Positions 9,223 through 17,878 of a stretch of 39,478 nt of DNA are shown piece after piece. Positions within the stretch are counted from its first letter, which is position 1; each line of letters opens with the position of its first letter. The stretch is from an uncultured Candidatus Saccharimonadales bacterium. Lineage in GTDB: Bacteria; Patescibacteriota; Saccharimonadia; UBA4664; DATIHN01. Position numbers and translations under genes: made by a program. The notes under the pieces are model-generated. The model had not been told where the DNA came from and ran no database searches. It saw only the letters and a list, made by a program, of their open reading frames with translations. The stretch lies in the NCBI GenBank assembly GCA_964474165.1, contig CAYYRL010000001.1, forward strand, positions 13,854 through 53,331. Reading direction: 5' to 3'.

Positions 9223-11173
9223 ATCCGGATCCAAGTTTAGCTACAATCCAAAGCTGGGGGGATCGCGGCGAGTTCGAAGCGCCGATACCTCCCAGCATGA
9301 ATCGTGGATCGAGGGCATTTTGCCTGGTGACACCGAGGCCAGCCAGCCCGAAGGGGCGACCAGTCGCCGGCCGCTACTAGTGTTGGGCGGGACCATGGTG
9401 GCCGCCATCACGATTCTGGGATTGCAGCTCGCCCGGCTGCAATTAGTTGAAGGCAGTCGCAATCTGGGGTTGGCTGACGGTAACCGTATTTCACAGACTA
9501 TCACTCGCGCGCCTCGGGGCGTAATTTATGATCGCAATAAACAGCCCCTGGCCGAAAATGTGGCTAGTTTTGACATCACTGTGACGCCAGAACTGGTGCC
9601 GAAGTCAAAGGATAAGCGGCAACATATTTTTAACCGCATCGGTGAAATCTCGGGTGCCAAGACGGCTGATATTGAAAAACTAATGAACACTAAAGGCGTA
9701 AATCCACTGGAGCCGCGGCTGGTGGCCAGTAATGTGCCTCGTGATCAGGCACTTCTGTTTGATCAAGAAAGTAACAATCTAACTGGGTTCAGTCTGGACG
9801 TTAATCCCGTGCGCCAGTATCTTGACTCGGGACTATTGGGGGCAGTGCTGGGTTACACCGGCCGGGCCAGCAACCAGGATTTGAAGCGGCATCCCAGCTA
9901 CTTGCCAACTGATTATGTTGGTAAGGCCGGCATTGAGCAGCAATACGACAGCGTCCTCAAAGGCATTAACGGCTCCCAACAAACCGAAGTCGATGCTGAC
10001 CGGCGGCCAGTCAAAGTGCTTGATGCTACAGCCGCCAGGCCGGGATCGAACCTAGTGTTGAGCATCGACCAGGGCTTGCAGACCAGGTTTACCCAGGCTT
10101 TGGAGGCGCAGATGGATAAGGTTAATGCCACCCAAGCTGCTGGGGTGGCCATGAATCCTAAGACTGGGGAGATCCTGGCACTGGTTAGTCTGCCCGGCTT
10201 CAACTCCAACCAATTTGCCCACGGCATCTCTCAGGACGATTATTTGAAGCTCATCAACAATGCGGCTCAGCCGCTGTTTAATAAAGCCGTCAGTGGCACC
10301 TATCCCACCGGATCGATCATTAAGCCAATCGTAGGCTCAGCGGCCTTACGTGAAGGTACAATTACGCCCGGAACCACCGTTAATGACACTGGCGCCCTGG
10401 AGGTTCCGAATCCCTATAATCCTGACATTAAATACACTTATCACGGTTGGGAGCGGGGCGGACTGGGTATTATGAACTTGTCCAGAGCCATTGCTATGAG
10501 TTCGGATATTTACTTCTACACTGTGGGCGGCGGTTTTGGCAACGTCAAAGGTTTGGGTGTAGGCAAACTGTCCAGCTGGTACCAAAAGTTTGGCCTCGGC
10601 CGGCTGACCGGCATCGATTTGCCCAACGAATCAACCGGACGCGTCCCGACACCAGACTGGAAACAATCAGTTCTGCATCAGCCCTGGTATCTGGGTGATA
10701 CTTTTAACATTTCGGTTGGGCAGGGTGACATATTGGCTTCGCCGCTGCAAATGGCAACGGCCCTTTCAACCATAGTAAACAACGGCACAATCATTAAGCC
10801 GCATCTGTTAAAGCAGGTGATTGACACCAATGGCCAAGTCACCAAGCAGATTGATCCCCAAGTAGTGGGAAAGCTAGATATTGCCCCCAGCCATTTTCAA
10901 GTCGTGCGTGATGCCATGCGTGAGGTTGTTACCAGTGGCACCGGTTGTTGCTATATTCAGCAATTTGTACCGGTGCCAGTGGCGGGGAAGACCGGTACGG
11001 CTGAAACTGACCCGGAAGGTCACCGCCGGCCCAACGCTTGGTTTGAGGCCTTTGCGCCGTATCCCGATCCAAGTATTGTGATTGTGGCCTTGGTCCAAAA
11101 CGCCGGCGAGGGTTCTAATGTGGCGGCTCCAGCAGTTCGTGACACCCTGGCTTGGTACTTCAGTCCGCATTAG
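9215..11173 (+). CDS. mrdA: Penicillin-binding protein 2 (class B transpeptidase)
   Basis: N-terminal TM anchor and transpeptidase motifs TGSIIKP (SxxK) and GKTGTAE (KTG). It follows mreBCD. GTG start. Confidence 0.9.
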   Translation: MAKSGSKFSYNPKLGGSRRVRSADTSQHESWIEGILPGDTEASQPEGATSRRPLLVLGGTMVAAITILGLQLARLQLVEGSRNLGLADGNRISQTITRAPRGVIYDRNKQPLAENVASFDITVTPELVPKSKDKRQHIFNRIGEISGAKTADIEKLMNTKGVNPLEPRLVASNVPRDQALLFDQESNNLTGFSLDVNPVRQYLDSGLLGAVLGYTGRASNQDLKRHPSYLPTDYVGKAGIEQQYDSVLKGINGSQQTEVDADRRPVKVLDATAARPGSNLVLSIDQGLQTRFTQALEAQMDKVNATQAAGVAMNPKTGEILALVSLPGFNSNQFAHGISQDDYLKLINNAAQPLFNKAVSGTYPTGSIIKPIVGSAALREGTITPGTTVNDTGALEVPNPYNPDIKYTYHGWERGGLGIMNLSRAIAMSSDIYFYTVGGGFGNVKGLGVGKLSSWYQKFGLGRLTGIDLPNESTGRVPTPDWKQSVLHQPWYLGDTFNISVGQGDILASPLQMATALSTIVNNGTIIKPHLLKQVIDTNGQVTKQIDPQVVGKLDIAPSHFQVVRDAMREVVTSGTGCCYIQQFVPVPVAGKTGTAETDPEGHRRPNAWFEAFAPYPDPSIVIVALVQNAGEGSNVAAPAVRDTLAWYFSPH

Positions 11174-11206
11174 GTCCAACGGGAGTAGTTTTATAATAAA
11201 AAGTGA

Positions 11207-11221
11207 CAATAGTAACTATTG
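11207..11221. repeat. 7-1-7 palindrome in the greA upstream region (possible operator)
   Basis: caatagt-a-actattg, flanked by TATAAT (11192-11197) and tandem overlapping TTGACA boxes (11219-11224 and 11226-11231). Confidence 0.3.
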
Positions 11222-11348
11222 ACAGTTGACACCTGATGCGCAAAAATCGATAGGCAAACTGTTGCACCACTAAACATTAAGCATAAACCAAAGACAGCTC
11301 GGGTTTCCCCGGCGATTTTTTTTAACGCTCTGGGGCAAAGGAGGAAAA

Positions 11349-11819
11349 ATGAATGTAGCCAAAAAAGATTTCTACCTGACGGCCGATGGTATTACTAAGC
11401 TGCGCGATGAGCTTGATGATTTAATTAATAATCAGCGACCGAAGATTGCCCAGCGTTTAAAGGAAGCCAAAGAGTATGGCGACCTATCAGAGAACGCTCA
11501 GTGGGATGACGCCAAAGATCAGCAAGCCTTTGCTGAGGGCCGGATCTCGGAAATTGAGACCATTTTGAAGCACGCTCAAGTTATTGAATCACCCAAGAGT
11601 AGTGACACCGTCGGGCTGGGTTCAGTTGTCCACGTTGAAGTTGAAGATGGAACCCAGAAATATCACATTGTCGGTTCGCCTGAAGCCAACCCCGAAGAAG
11701 GCAAAATTTCGAACGAATCGCCAATCGGCAAGGCCCTGATGGGTCGCAAGAAGGGCGATGAAGTGGCCGTCGAAGTGCCTTCTGGCACCATGACCTATAA
11801 GATTAAGCGGATTGAATAG
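11349..11819 (+). CDS. greA: Transcription elongation factor GreA
   Basis: 156 aa with N-terminal coiled coil and the conserved GDLSENAQWDDAKDQQ motif. SD AAGGAGG lies upstream. Confidence 0.95.
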   Translation: MNVAKKDFYLTADGITKLRDELDDLINNQRPKIAQRLKEAKEYGDLSENAQWDDAKDQQAFAEGRISEIETILKHAQVIESPKSSDTVGLGSVVHVEVEDGTQKYHIVGSPEANPEEGKISNESPIGKALMGRKKGDEVAVEVPSGTMTYKIKRIE

Positions 11820-11844
11820 CTGGTAGGAAGCCGGATTCGCGCAA

Positions 11845-11869
11845 AAACCCGCTTCCGAGCGGGCTTTTG
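11845..11869 (+). terminator. Rho-independent terminator after greA
   Basis: aaaaa-cccgct-tccg-agcggg-cttttg; the A-tract and T-tract flank a 6-bp GC stem. Confidence 0.7.
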
Positions 11870-11874
11870 CTATC

Positions 11875-11883
11875 TGATACAAT
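11875..11883 (+). promoter_or_regulatory. Extended -10 box placed for a leaderless lysS mRNA
   Basis: TGaTACAAT. ATG 11891 lies 7 nt downstream, the in-frame ATG 11888 is only 4 nt away, and there is no SD. Confidence 0.45.
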
Positions 11884-11890
11884 AACCATG

Positions 11891-13450
11891 ATGACAGCTG
11901 ACAAAAGCAAATATTGGCTCGACCAAGCCGTGGCAGAAATTCAGCAAGCCCAGCCTGAGGGCGAAATTATTGTCTCAAGTGGTCATTCGCCATCCGGCAA
12001 TTACCACTTCGGGCTGCTGCGCGAATTTCTGATTGCATCAGCCATTGCCAGCCAGCTGCGAGCCCAGGGCTGTGCGGCCAAACACATCGACTTCGTTGAT
12101 GACTTCGACGTGCTGCGGAAGGTGCCTGTCAATGTTTCGGCTGAATGGGAGCAGCATCTAGGCAAGCCCTTGTATCTAGTGCCAGATCCTTTCGGTGACT
12201 GCCACGAGAGCTATGGTGACCATTTCCTAGCTGGTCTCTATGGGCCGCTCGAAGCCCTGGGTGTGGAGTTTGAATCCCTGCGCGCGCATCAATACTACCT
12301 GCAAGGCAAAATGGCCGAGTCAATTGAGAAAAGTTTGACCGGGCTGGATGAAGCTAGGACGGTCATTACTGAGGTTAGTCAGCGCCAGCTGCCAGATGAC
12401 TGGTCACCGGTTCAAATTTTGAGTGACAACAACGACCTGCGCGAGTGGCAATTCACTGGTTGGGATCAGATTAAGCAGGTTGTTAAGTACAAAGCCGCTA
12501 ACGGCGTAACTGGTGAAGTATCTTATGTTGATGGCCGGGTAAAGTTGGACTGGCGCTTGGATTGGCCGGCCCGCTGGGCCCTATTTAAAGTTGGTGTTGA
12601 ACCCTTCGGCCGCGATCATGCCTCCAAGGGAGGTTCTTATGATACTGGTAAGGTCCTGGTTGATAAGATTTTTGGTGGCCAGGCGCCGTATCCAGTACCG
12701 TATGATTTTGTGAATCTGGCTGGTCAAACCAAGAAGATGAGTAAATCGGCCGGCAACATTTTGACGCCGGCCGACATTTTGGAAATTATGCCGCCGGAGA
12801 TCGTGCGCTATTATTTCATCAAAGCCCGGCCGGCCAAGCTGTTAGTCTTTGATCCTGGCATCGGTCTGTTTAATCTAATCGATGAATTTTCAGGTGTTCA
12901 AGAAGCAATCCGAAAGAGCGAACCGACTGAATACCAAGAAGCTTTTGAATTCGCGACGGCAAACGTCGATCAAAAAGTCATCTCACCGGTCCGCTTCAAT
13001 CATCTGGTAACTGTGTTTCAAACCGCTCACCGCGACGCCGGCCAAGCTATTGAAATCCTCAAATCTCAACCGGAGTACGATTTTATTGATTGGAAGACTG
13101 AAACTGAGATTATCAGGCGTGAACTAGACTTGGTGGCTAGTTGGCTGGATAAGTACGCTCCAGATGAGCTGAAGTTTGAGGTTCAGGACCAGCTACCTAC
13201 AATTGACCTCAGCGACCAACAATCGCAATTTCTGGCCACTCTGGCCGATAAGCTTGAGGCGACCAAAGCTCCCGATGCCCAGACCATGCACAATCTGATT
13301 TATGAAGCTAAGGGCGAGCTTAGTCCAGCCGCCGCCTTTCAGGCTCTGTACCGAGTGATTATAGGTGGCGACAAAGGGCCGCGGGCGGGCTGGTTCCTAG
13401 CTAGCTTGGATCAGGATTGGCTGATCAAACGATTACGGCAACAGTCTTGA
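11891..13450 (+). CDS. lysS: Lysyl-tRNA synthetase, class I type
   Basis: Class I motifs HSPSGNYHFG (HIGH-like) and KMSKS (KKMSKSAGN). The overall length and layout fit class I LysRS. The start is ambiguous (11888 or 11891; the track opens at 11867, inside the greA terminator). Confidence 0.85.
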   Translation: MTADKSKYWLDQAVAEIQQAQPEGEIIVSSGHSPSGNYHFGLLREFLIASAIASQLRAQGCAAKHIDFVDDFDVLRKVPVNVSAEWEQHLGKPLYLVPDPFGDCHESYGDHFLAGLYGPLEALGVEFESLRAHQYYLQGKMAESIEKSLTGLDEARTVITEVSQRQLPDDWSPVQILSDNNDLREWQFTGWDQIKQVVKYKAANGVTGEVSYVDGRVKLDWRLDWPARWALFKVGVEPFGRDHASKGGSYDTGKVLVDKIFGGQAPYPVPYDFVNLAGQTKKMSKSAGNILTPADILEIMPPEIVRYYFIKARPAKLLVFDPGIGLFNLIDEFSGVQEAIRKSEPTEYQEAFEFATANVDQKVISPVRFNHLVTVFQTAHRDAGQAIEILKSQPEYDFIDWKTETEIIRRELDLVASWLDKYAPDELKFEVQDQLPTIDLSDQQSQFLATLADKLEATKAPDAQTMHNLIYEAKGELSPAAAFQALYRVIIGGDKGPRAGWFLASLDQDWLIKRLRQQS

Positions 13451-13477
13451 ACCGTTTATTACGAGGCGGTTTTCACC

Positions 13478-13483
13478 TATAAT
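13478..13483 (+). promoter_or_regulatory. -10 box placed for a leaderless serS mRNA
   Basis: TATAAT followed by 7 nt (taaacaa) and ATG 13491; no SD. Confidence 0.45.
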
Positions 13484-13490
13484 TAAACAA

Positions 13491-14768
13491 ATGATCGATA
13501 TTAAACACCTCCGCGAACACCCAGACGATTACCAAACATCGGCCGACCGGCGCGGACTCAAAATCGACATCAACCAAATTGCCGACCTCGACAATCAGCG
13601 GACCAAGTTGCTATCGGAAGTTGAAGGTCAGCGGGCTAAGCTCAACGTCAAAGATAAACCGACACCGGAGCAGTTGAAAGAATTGCAAGCGGCAAAGGCT
13701 GAACTTGAGAAGTCTGAGAAACAGCTAAAAACAATTGAGAATGATCTAAACGACAAGCTAAAGACAGTGCCGAATCTGCTATTAGATGACGTGCCAGTTG
13801 GCAAAGACGACACTGAAAATAAGGTACTGCGCAAGGAAGGGGAGCAGCCAAAGTTTGATTTCCAGCCCAAAGAGCACTGGCAGCTGGGGGCTGAGCTCGG
13901 AGTTTTGGAGCTGGAGAGGGCAGCCGCAGTGGCTGGCTCGCGGTTTGCCTACCTCAAAGGTGGTCTGGCTAAGCTCCAGTTTGCACTAATTAGCTTTGTT
14001 ATTAATGAGCTAACTTCAGAAGATACGATTGCCAAGATTGTTCAAGAGTCTGGTCTCAGGGTCAGCGCCAAGCCGTTTACACTTGTTGTGCCGCCGGCCA
14101 TGATTCGCAGTGAGGTTTTGGACAAGATGGCCCGGCTGGAGCCAAAAGAGGATCGATATCAAATAGCCGATGAAGATTTGTACCTATCGGGAAGCGCCGA
14201 ACACACCCTTGGACCTCTGCATATGAATGAAACCCTGAGCGAATCAGATCTGCCGATTCGTTATCTGGGATATGCAACGGCTTTTCGCCGTGAGGCGGGC
14301 AGTTATGGCAAGGATGTGCGCGGCATATTACGCCAGCACCAGTTCGATAAGCTGGAGATGGAGTCGTTTACATCGGCTGACGATAGTCTCGATGAACAAA
14401 ACTTTTTGGTGGCAGTTCAAGAGCACTTGCTGCGCCAGCTGAAGTTGCCATATCAAGTAGTCGCCATTTGCAGCGGCGACATGGGTGATCCTGATGCCAG
14501 GCAGATTGATATTGAGACCTGGATGCCCGGCCAAAATAAGTACCGTGAGACTCATACAGCTGATCTTATGACAGATTACCAATCTCGGCGTCTGGGCACT
14601 CGGGTGCGGCGTCATAATGGCGAGGTTGACCTGGCACATATGAATGATGGTACGGCCGCCGCCATTGGGCGTTTACTGATAGCGATTATGGAAAACTACC
14701 AGACCAGTGAGGGCAGGGTAGAAATTCCCGAGGTTTTGCAAACATTTTATGGAGCTACCCAATTATGA
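13491..14768 (+). CDS. serS: Seryl-tRNA synthetase
   Basis: N-terminal coiled-coil arm and class II core (FRREAGSYGKDVRGILRQHQFDKLE; TAAAIGRLLIAIMENYQ). Confidence 0.95.
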   Translation: MIDIKHLREHPDDYQTSADRRGLKIDINQIADLDNQRTKLLSEVEGQRAKLNVKDKPTPEQLKELQAAKAELEKSEKQLKTIENDLNDKLKTVPNLLLDDVPVGKDDTENKVLRKEGEQPKFDFQPKEHWQLGAELGVLELERAAAVAGSRFAYLKGGLAKLQFALISFVINELTSEDTIAKIVQESGLRVSAKPFTLVVPPAMIRSEVLDKMARLEPKEDRYQIADEDLYLSGSAEHTLGPLHMNETLSESDLPIRYLGYATAFRREAGSYGKDVRGILRQHQFDKLEMESFTSADDSLDEQNFLVAVQEHLLRQLKLPYQVVAICSGDMGDPDARQIDIETWMPGQNKYRETHTADLMTDYQSRRLGTRVRRHNGEVDLAHMNDGTAAAIGRLLIAIMENYQTSEGRVEIPEVLQTFYGATQL

Positions 14769-15142
14769 TCACTCTGCATGTTACCAGCAAGAACTACCAA
14801 CTCAGCGAGAAAATCTTAGATTACATTGATCGCAAACTTGGGCGCCTAGATCGTTATTTGCCTAGAAACGAAGGCGAGATCCAGGGGCGGGTCATTTTGG
14901 AAGTTGACCCCAGTGGCCGCGAGGACAATAAATTCGTCTGTGAAGCCAAAATCGAATTACCCGGCCCCAATGCCGAGGCCAGAGAAGCCACGCTTAACAT
15001 GTACGCGGCCATTGATATTGTGGAAGCCAAACTCAAAGTCCAAATCCGCAAGTACAAGGATCGCCATGCACCCAGCCGGGTTCGCCGCAGCAAGGACCGC
15101 ATCAGACGGCTGCTCGGCCGCGATCCGGGCCCAACCCAGTAG
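14765..15142 (+). CDS. hpf: Ribosome hibernation/ribosome-associated inhibitor (HPF/RaiA family, short form)
   Basis: 125 aa. The N-terminus ITLHVTSKNYQLSEKILDYIDRKLGRLDRYL matches the sigma-54 modulation/S30EA fold pattern. ATGA overlap with serS. Confidence 0.8.
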   Translation: MITLHVTSKNYQLSEKILDYIDRKLGRLDRYLPRNEGEIQGRVILEVDPSGREDNKFVCEAKIELPGPNAEAREATLNMYAAIDIVEAKLKVQIRKYKDRHAPSRVRRSKDRIRRLLGRDPGPTQ

Positions 15143-15185
15143 TCTAATCTTATAATTAGTGCTAGAATAAGGCGCTGGAGAACAT

Positions 15186-17861
15186 ATGGCCACTAATAAA
15201 TTGATTAATACACTATTGGGTGATCCCAACGGCCGCGAGTTGAAACGGTTGCGGGGACGGGTTGAGAACATTAATGCGGCCGAAGCCGCAGCCAAAAAGT
15301 TATCCGACAAGGGCCTGCGTGATCGCACGGCTGAACTGAAGAAGTTGGTGCAGGAGGGCAAGAGTCTGGAAGAGATTTTGCCTGAAGCCTTCGCCATCGT
15401 GCGCGAGGCTGCCAGCCGCACGCTGGGTCAGCGTCACTTCGATGTCCAACTGATGGGTGGGGTGGCTCTGCACGAAGGTAAGATCGCCGAAATGCGCACC
15501 GGTGAAGGCAAGACTTTGGTGGCAACCGCACCGCTGTTTCTAAATGCCCTGGCTGGCAAAGGTGTGCACCTAGTAACGGTTAACGATTACTTGGCTAGAC
15601 TGCATGCTGGCTGGATGGGCCAGGTTTATCACAGTTTGGGCTTATCAACCGGTGTCATTGTCAGCGACCAAGGGAATCCGATCGGACTAGTTTATGACCC
15701 TGAGTTTGATTCCAAAGAACACGTCGATGATCGCTTAAATCACCTGCGTCCAGTATCGCGCCAGGAAGCCTATCTGGCCGACATCACCTATGGCACCAAT
15801 AATGAATTTGGCTTCGATTATCTGCGCGACAATATGGTGGATGATGCCGGCAAGATGGTGCAGCGGCCACTGAACTACGCCATTGTCGACGAAGTTGACT
15901 CCATCCTGATTGATGAGGCCCGGACGCCGCTGATCATTTCGGCGCCGGCCGAGGAGAGCACTGACAAATATTACCAGTTTGCCAAAATTGCTCGGAGCTT
16001 AAAGTCCGAAGAACATTACAGCGTCGATGAGAAAATGCGGGCTGTGAGCATGAATGATGATGGCATCGCGGCTGTCGAAAAGATCCTGGGGGTTGATAAT
16101 GTTTATGAGGCCGGCCGGATTGACGATGTTCACCACATCGAGCAGGCATTGAAGGCCGAAGCCATCTTTAAGCGTGACCGCGACTACGTGGTGCGCGAAG
16201 GGGAAGTCATCATTGTTGACGAGTTCACCGGCCGCCTAATGCACGGCCGCCGGTATAGTGAAGGTTTGCACCAAGCTATTGAGGCCAAGGAAGGTGTTCA
16301 GATCCAACAGGAGTCATTGACGCTGGCCACTATTACTTTCCAGAACTATTTCCGGCTGTACGACAAGCTGGCCGGTATGACCGGTACGGCTGCTACCGAG
16401 GCTGAGGAGTTTGGCAAGATCTATCAGCTGGAAGTCACAACCATCCCCACGCATCGTGACATGATCCGCGATGATATGAGCGATAAGATTTATAAGACTG
16501 AGATTGGCAAGTTTAGAGCCGTTGTCGCCAGCGTCAGGGAGTGTCACGACAAGGGGCAGCCAGTCCTATTGGGTACAGTTTCCATCGAGAAAAACGAGAT
16601 TCTTAGTCAGCTGCTAGATGAGGCCAAAGTGCCGCACCGAATCTTGAACGCTAAAAATAACGAAGAGGAAGCTCAGATTATTGCCGATGCCGGCCACAAA
16701 GGCGCCGTCACCCTAGCAACCAACATTGCTGGGCGCGGCACCGACATTATGCTGGAGCCGGGTGTAAGTGAATTAGGCGGCCTGCATGTCATTGGTACCG
16801 AGCGCCATGAATCCAGGCGGATTGATAACCAGCTGCGCGGCCGCAGTGGTCGTCAGGGTGACCCCGGCTCCAGTCAGTTCTATGTGTCACTTGAAGATGA
16901 CCTGATGCGCATCTTTGGTGGCGAGCGGATTGCTGGGATGATGACCAGCCTGGGCGTCGATGAAGACACGCCGATTGAAAACCGCATTGTGTCTCGCTCA
17001 ATAGAAAGCGCCCAGAAAAAAGTCGAAGGTCATAACTTTGATATTCGTAAGCAACTAGTCGAGTACGATGACGTCATGAACCGCCACCGAGAGGTAATTT
17101 ATGCTAAGCGCCGGGCAGCCCTGACCAATGCCAACCTCCGGCCCGAAATTGAGCGCATGCTTAGTGAAGAGTTTGAAGCCGTGCTGACGGCCCATACCGA
17201 TGTTCGCACCGATGTTGTCGATGAAGACAAAGTCCTTGAAACCATCGGCGCGATGCTGCCGCTGGGTCAGGAGACAGTTAGTAAATTACACAAAGCTCAT
17301 CGCGGCGAGTGGCTGGACATTCTCAATAATGTCAGTCACAAACATTACGACGAGCGGGAACAAACCTTTAGACCAGAAGGCATGCGCATTATTGAGAAGA
17401 TCACTTTTCTGCGCATAGTCGATGGACTATGGATAGAGCACCTCGAGGCTATGGATGGCCTGCGCGAAGGCATTGGCCTCAGAGCCATTGGTCAGCGCGA
17501 GCCCCTAGTGGAATACAAGCGCGAAGGCTTCAAACTGTTTAGCCAGTTACTTAGCTTGCTCGAACACGAAATCGCTGCCACCATTTTCAAGGTCACCATC
17601 CATGCCCACCAGCCCCATGAGCACGACGAACATGGTTTGCCGATGGCGCCTGTGGAAACCGCGCTGACCAAGGCTGCCGAAGCAGCTTCAACCAATGCCA
17701 GTACCGATGAGCCAGTCAAAAGCAAACCCAAGCGCAAAGCTGATAGCCAAAAAGTTGGCCGCAATGATCCTTGCCCCTGCGGCAGCGGCCTTAAGTATAA
17801 GAAGTGCGGCATGATTGACTCGCCCGAACATCAGCAGCGCATGGCTGCTAGCGCCAAATAA
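15186..17861 (+). CDS. secA: Preprotein translocase ATPase SecA
   Basis: 891 aa with Walker A MRTGEGKTLV, the DEVDSILIDEARTPLIIS motif and a C-terminal zinc motif CPCGSGLKYKKCG. SD GGAG lies 5 nt upstream. Confidence 0.97.
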   Translation: MATNKLINTLLGDPNGRELKRLRGRVENINAAEAAAKKLSDKGLRDRTAELKKLVQEGKSLEEILPEAFAIVREAASRTLGQRHFDVQLMGGVALHEGKIAEMRTGEGKTLVATAPLFLNALAGKGVHLVTVNDYLARLHAGWMGQVYHSLGLSTGVIVSDQGNPIGLVYDPEFDSKEHVDDRLNHLRPVSRQEAYLADITYGTNNEFGFDYLRDNMVDDAGKMVQRPLNYAIVDEVDSILIDEARTPLIISAPAEESTDKYYQFAKIARSLKSEEHYSVDEKMRAVSMNDDGIAAVEKILGVDNVYEAGRIDDVHHIEQALKAEAIFKRDRDYVVREGEVIIVDEFTGRLMHGRRYSEGLHQAIEAKEGVQIQQESLTLATITFQNYFRLYDKLAGMTGTAATEAEEFGKIYQLEVTTIPTHRDMIRDDMSDKIYKTEIGKFRAVVASVRECHDKGQPVLLGTVSIEKNEILSQLLDEAKVPHRILNAKNNEEEAQIIADAGHKGAVTLATNIAGRGTDIMLEPGVSELGGLHVIGTERHESRRIDNQLRGRSGRQGDPGSSQFYVSLEDDLMRIFGGERIAGMMTSLGVDEDTPIENRIVSRSIESAQKKVEGHNFDIRKQLVEYDDVMNRHREVIYAKRRAALTNANLRPEIERMLSEEFEAVLTAHTDVRTDVVDEDKVLETIGAMLPLGQETVSKLHKAHRGEWLDILNNVSHKHYDEREQTFRPEGMRIIEKITFLRIVDGLWIEHLEAMDGLREGIGLRAIGQREPLVEYKREGFKLFSQLLSLLEHEIAATIFKVTIHAHQPHEHDEHGLPMAPVETALTKAAEAASTNASTDEPVKSKPKRKADSQKVGRNDPCPCGSGLKYKKCGMIDSPEHQQRMAASAK

Positions 17862-17862
17862 C

Positions 17863-17871
17863 TGTTATCAT
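17863..17871 (+). promoter_or_regulatory. Extended -10 box placed for a leaderless murD mRNA
   Basis: TGtTATCAT lies immediately after the secA stop, followed by 7 nt and ATG 17879; no SD. Confidence 0.4.
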
Positions 17872-17878
17872 ATTTTTA

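Noticed and set aside
13450-13474. Weak hairpin aaccg-(12 nt)-cggtt-ttc after lysS
   Set aside because: It has only a 5-bp stem, a large loop and a 2-3 nt T-run, so it is insufficient for a confident terminator call.
14957-15421. 154-aa minus-strand ORF spanning the hpf-secA junction
   Set aside because: It overlaps two confidently identified plus-strand genes and their intergenic promoter and SD. It has an Ala/Ser/Arg-rich shadow composition.
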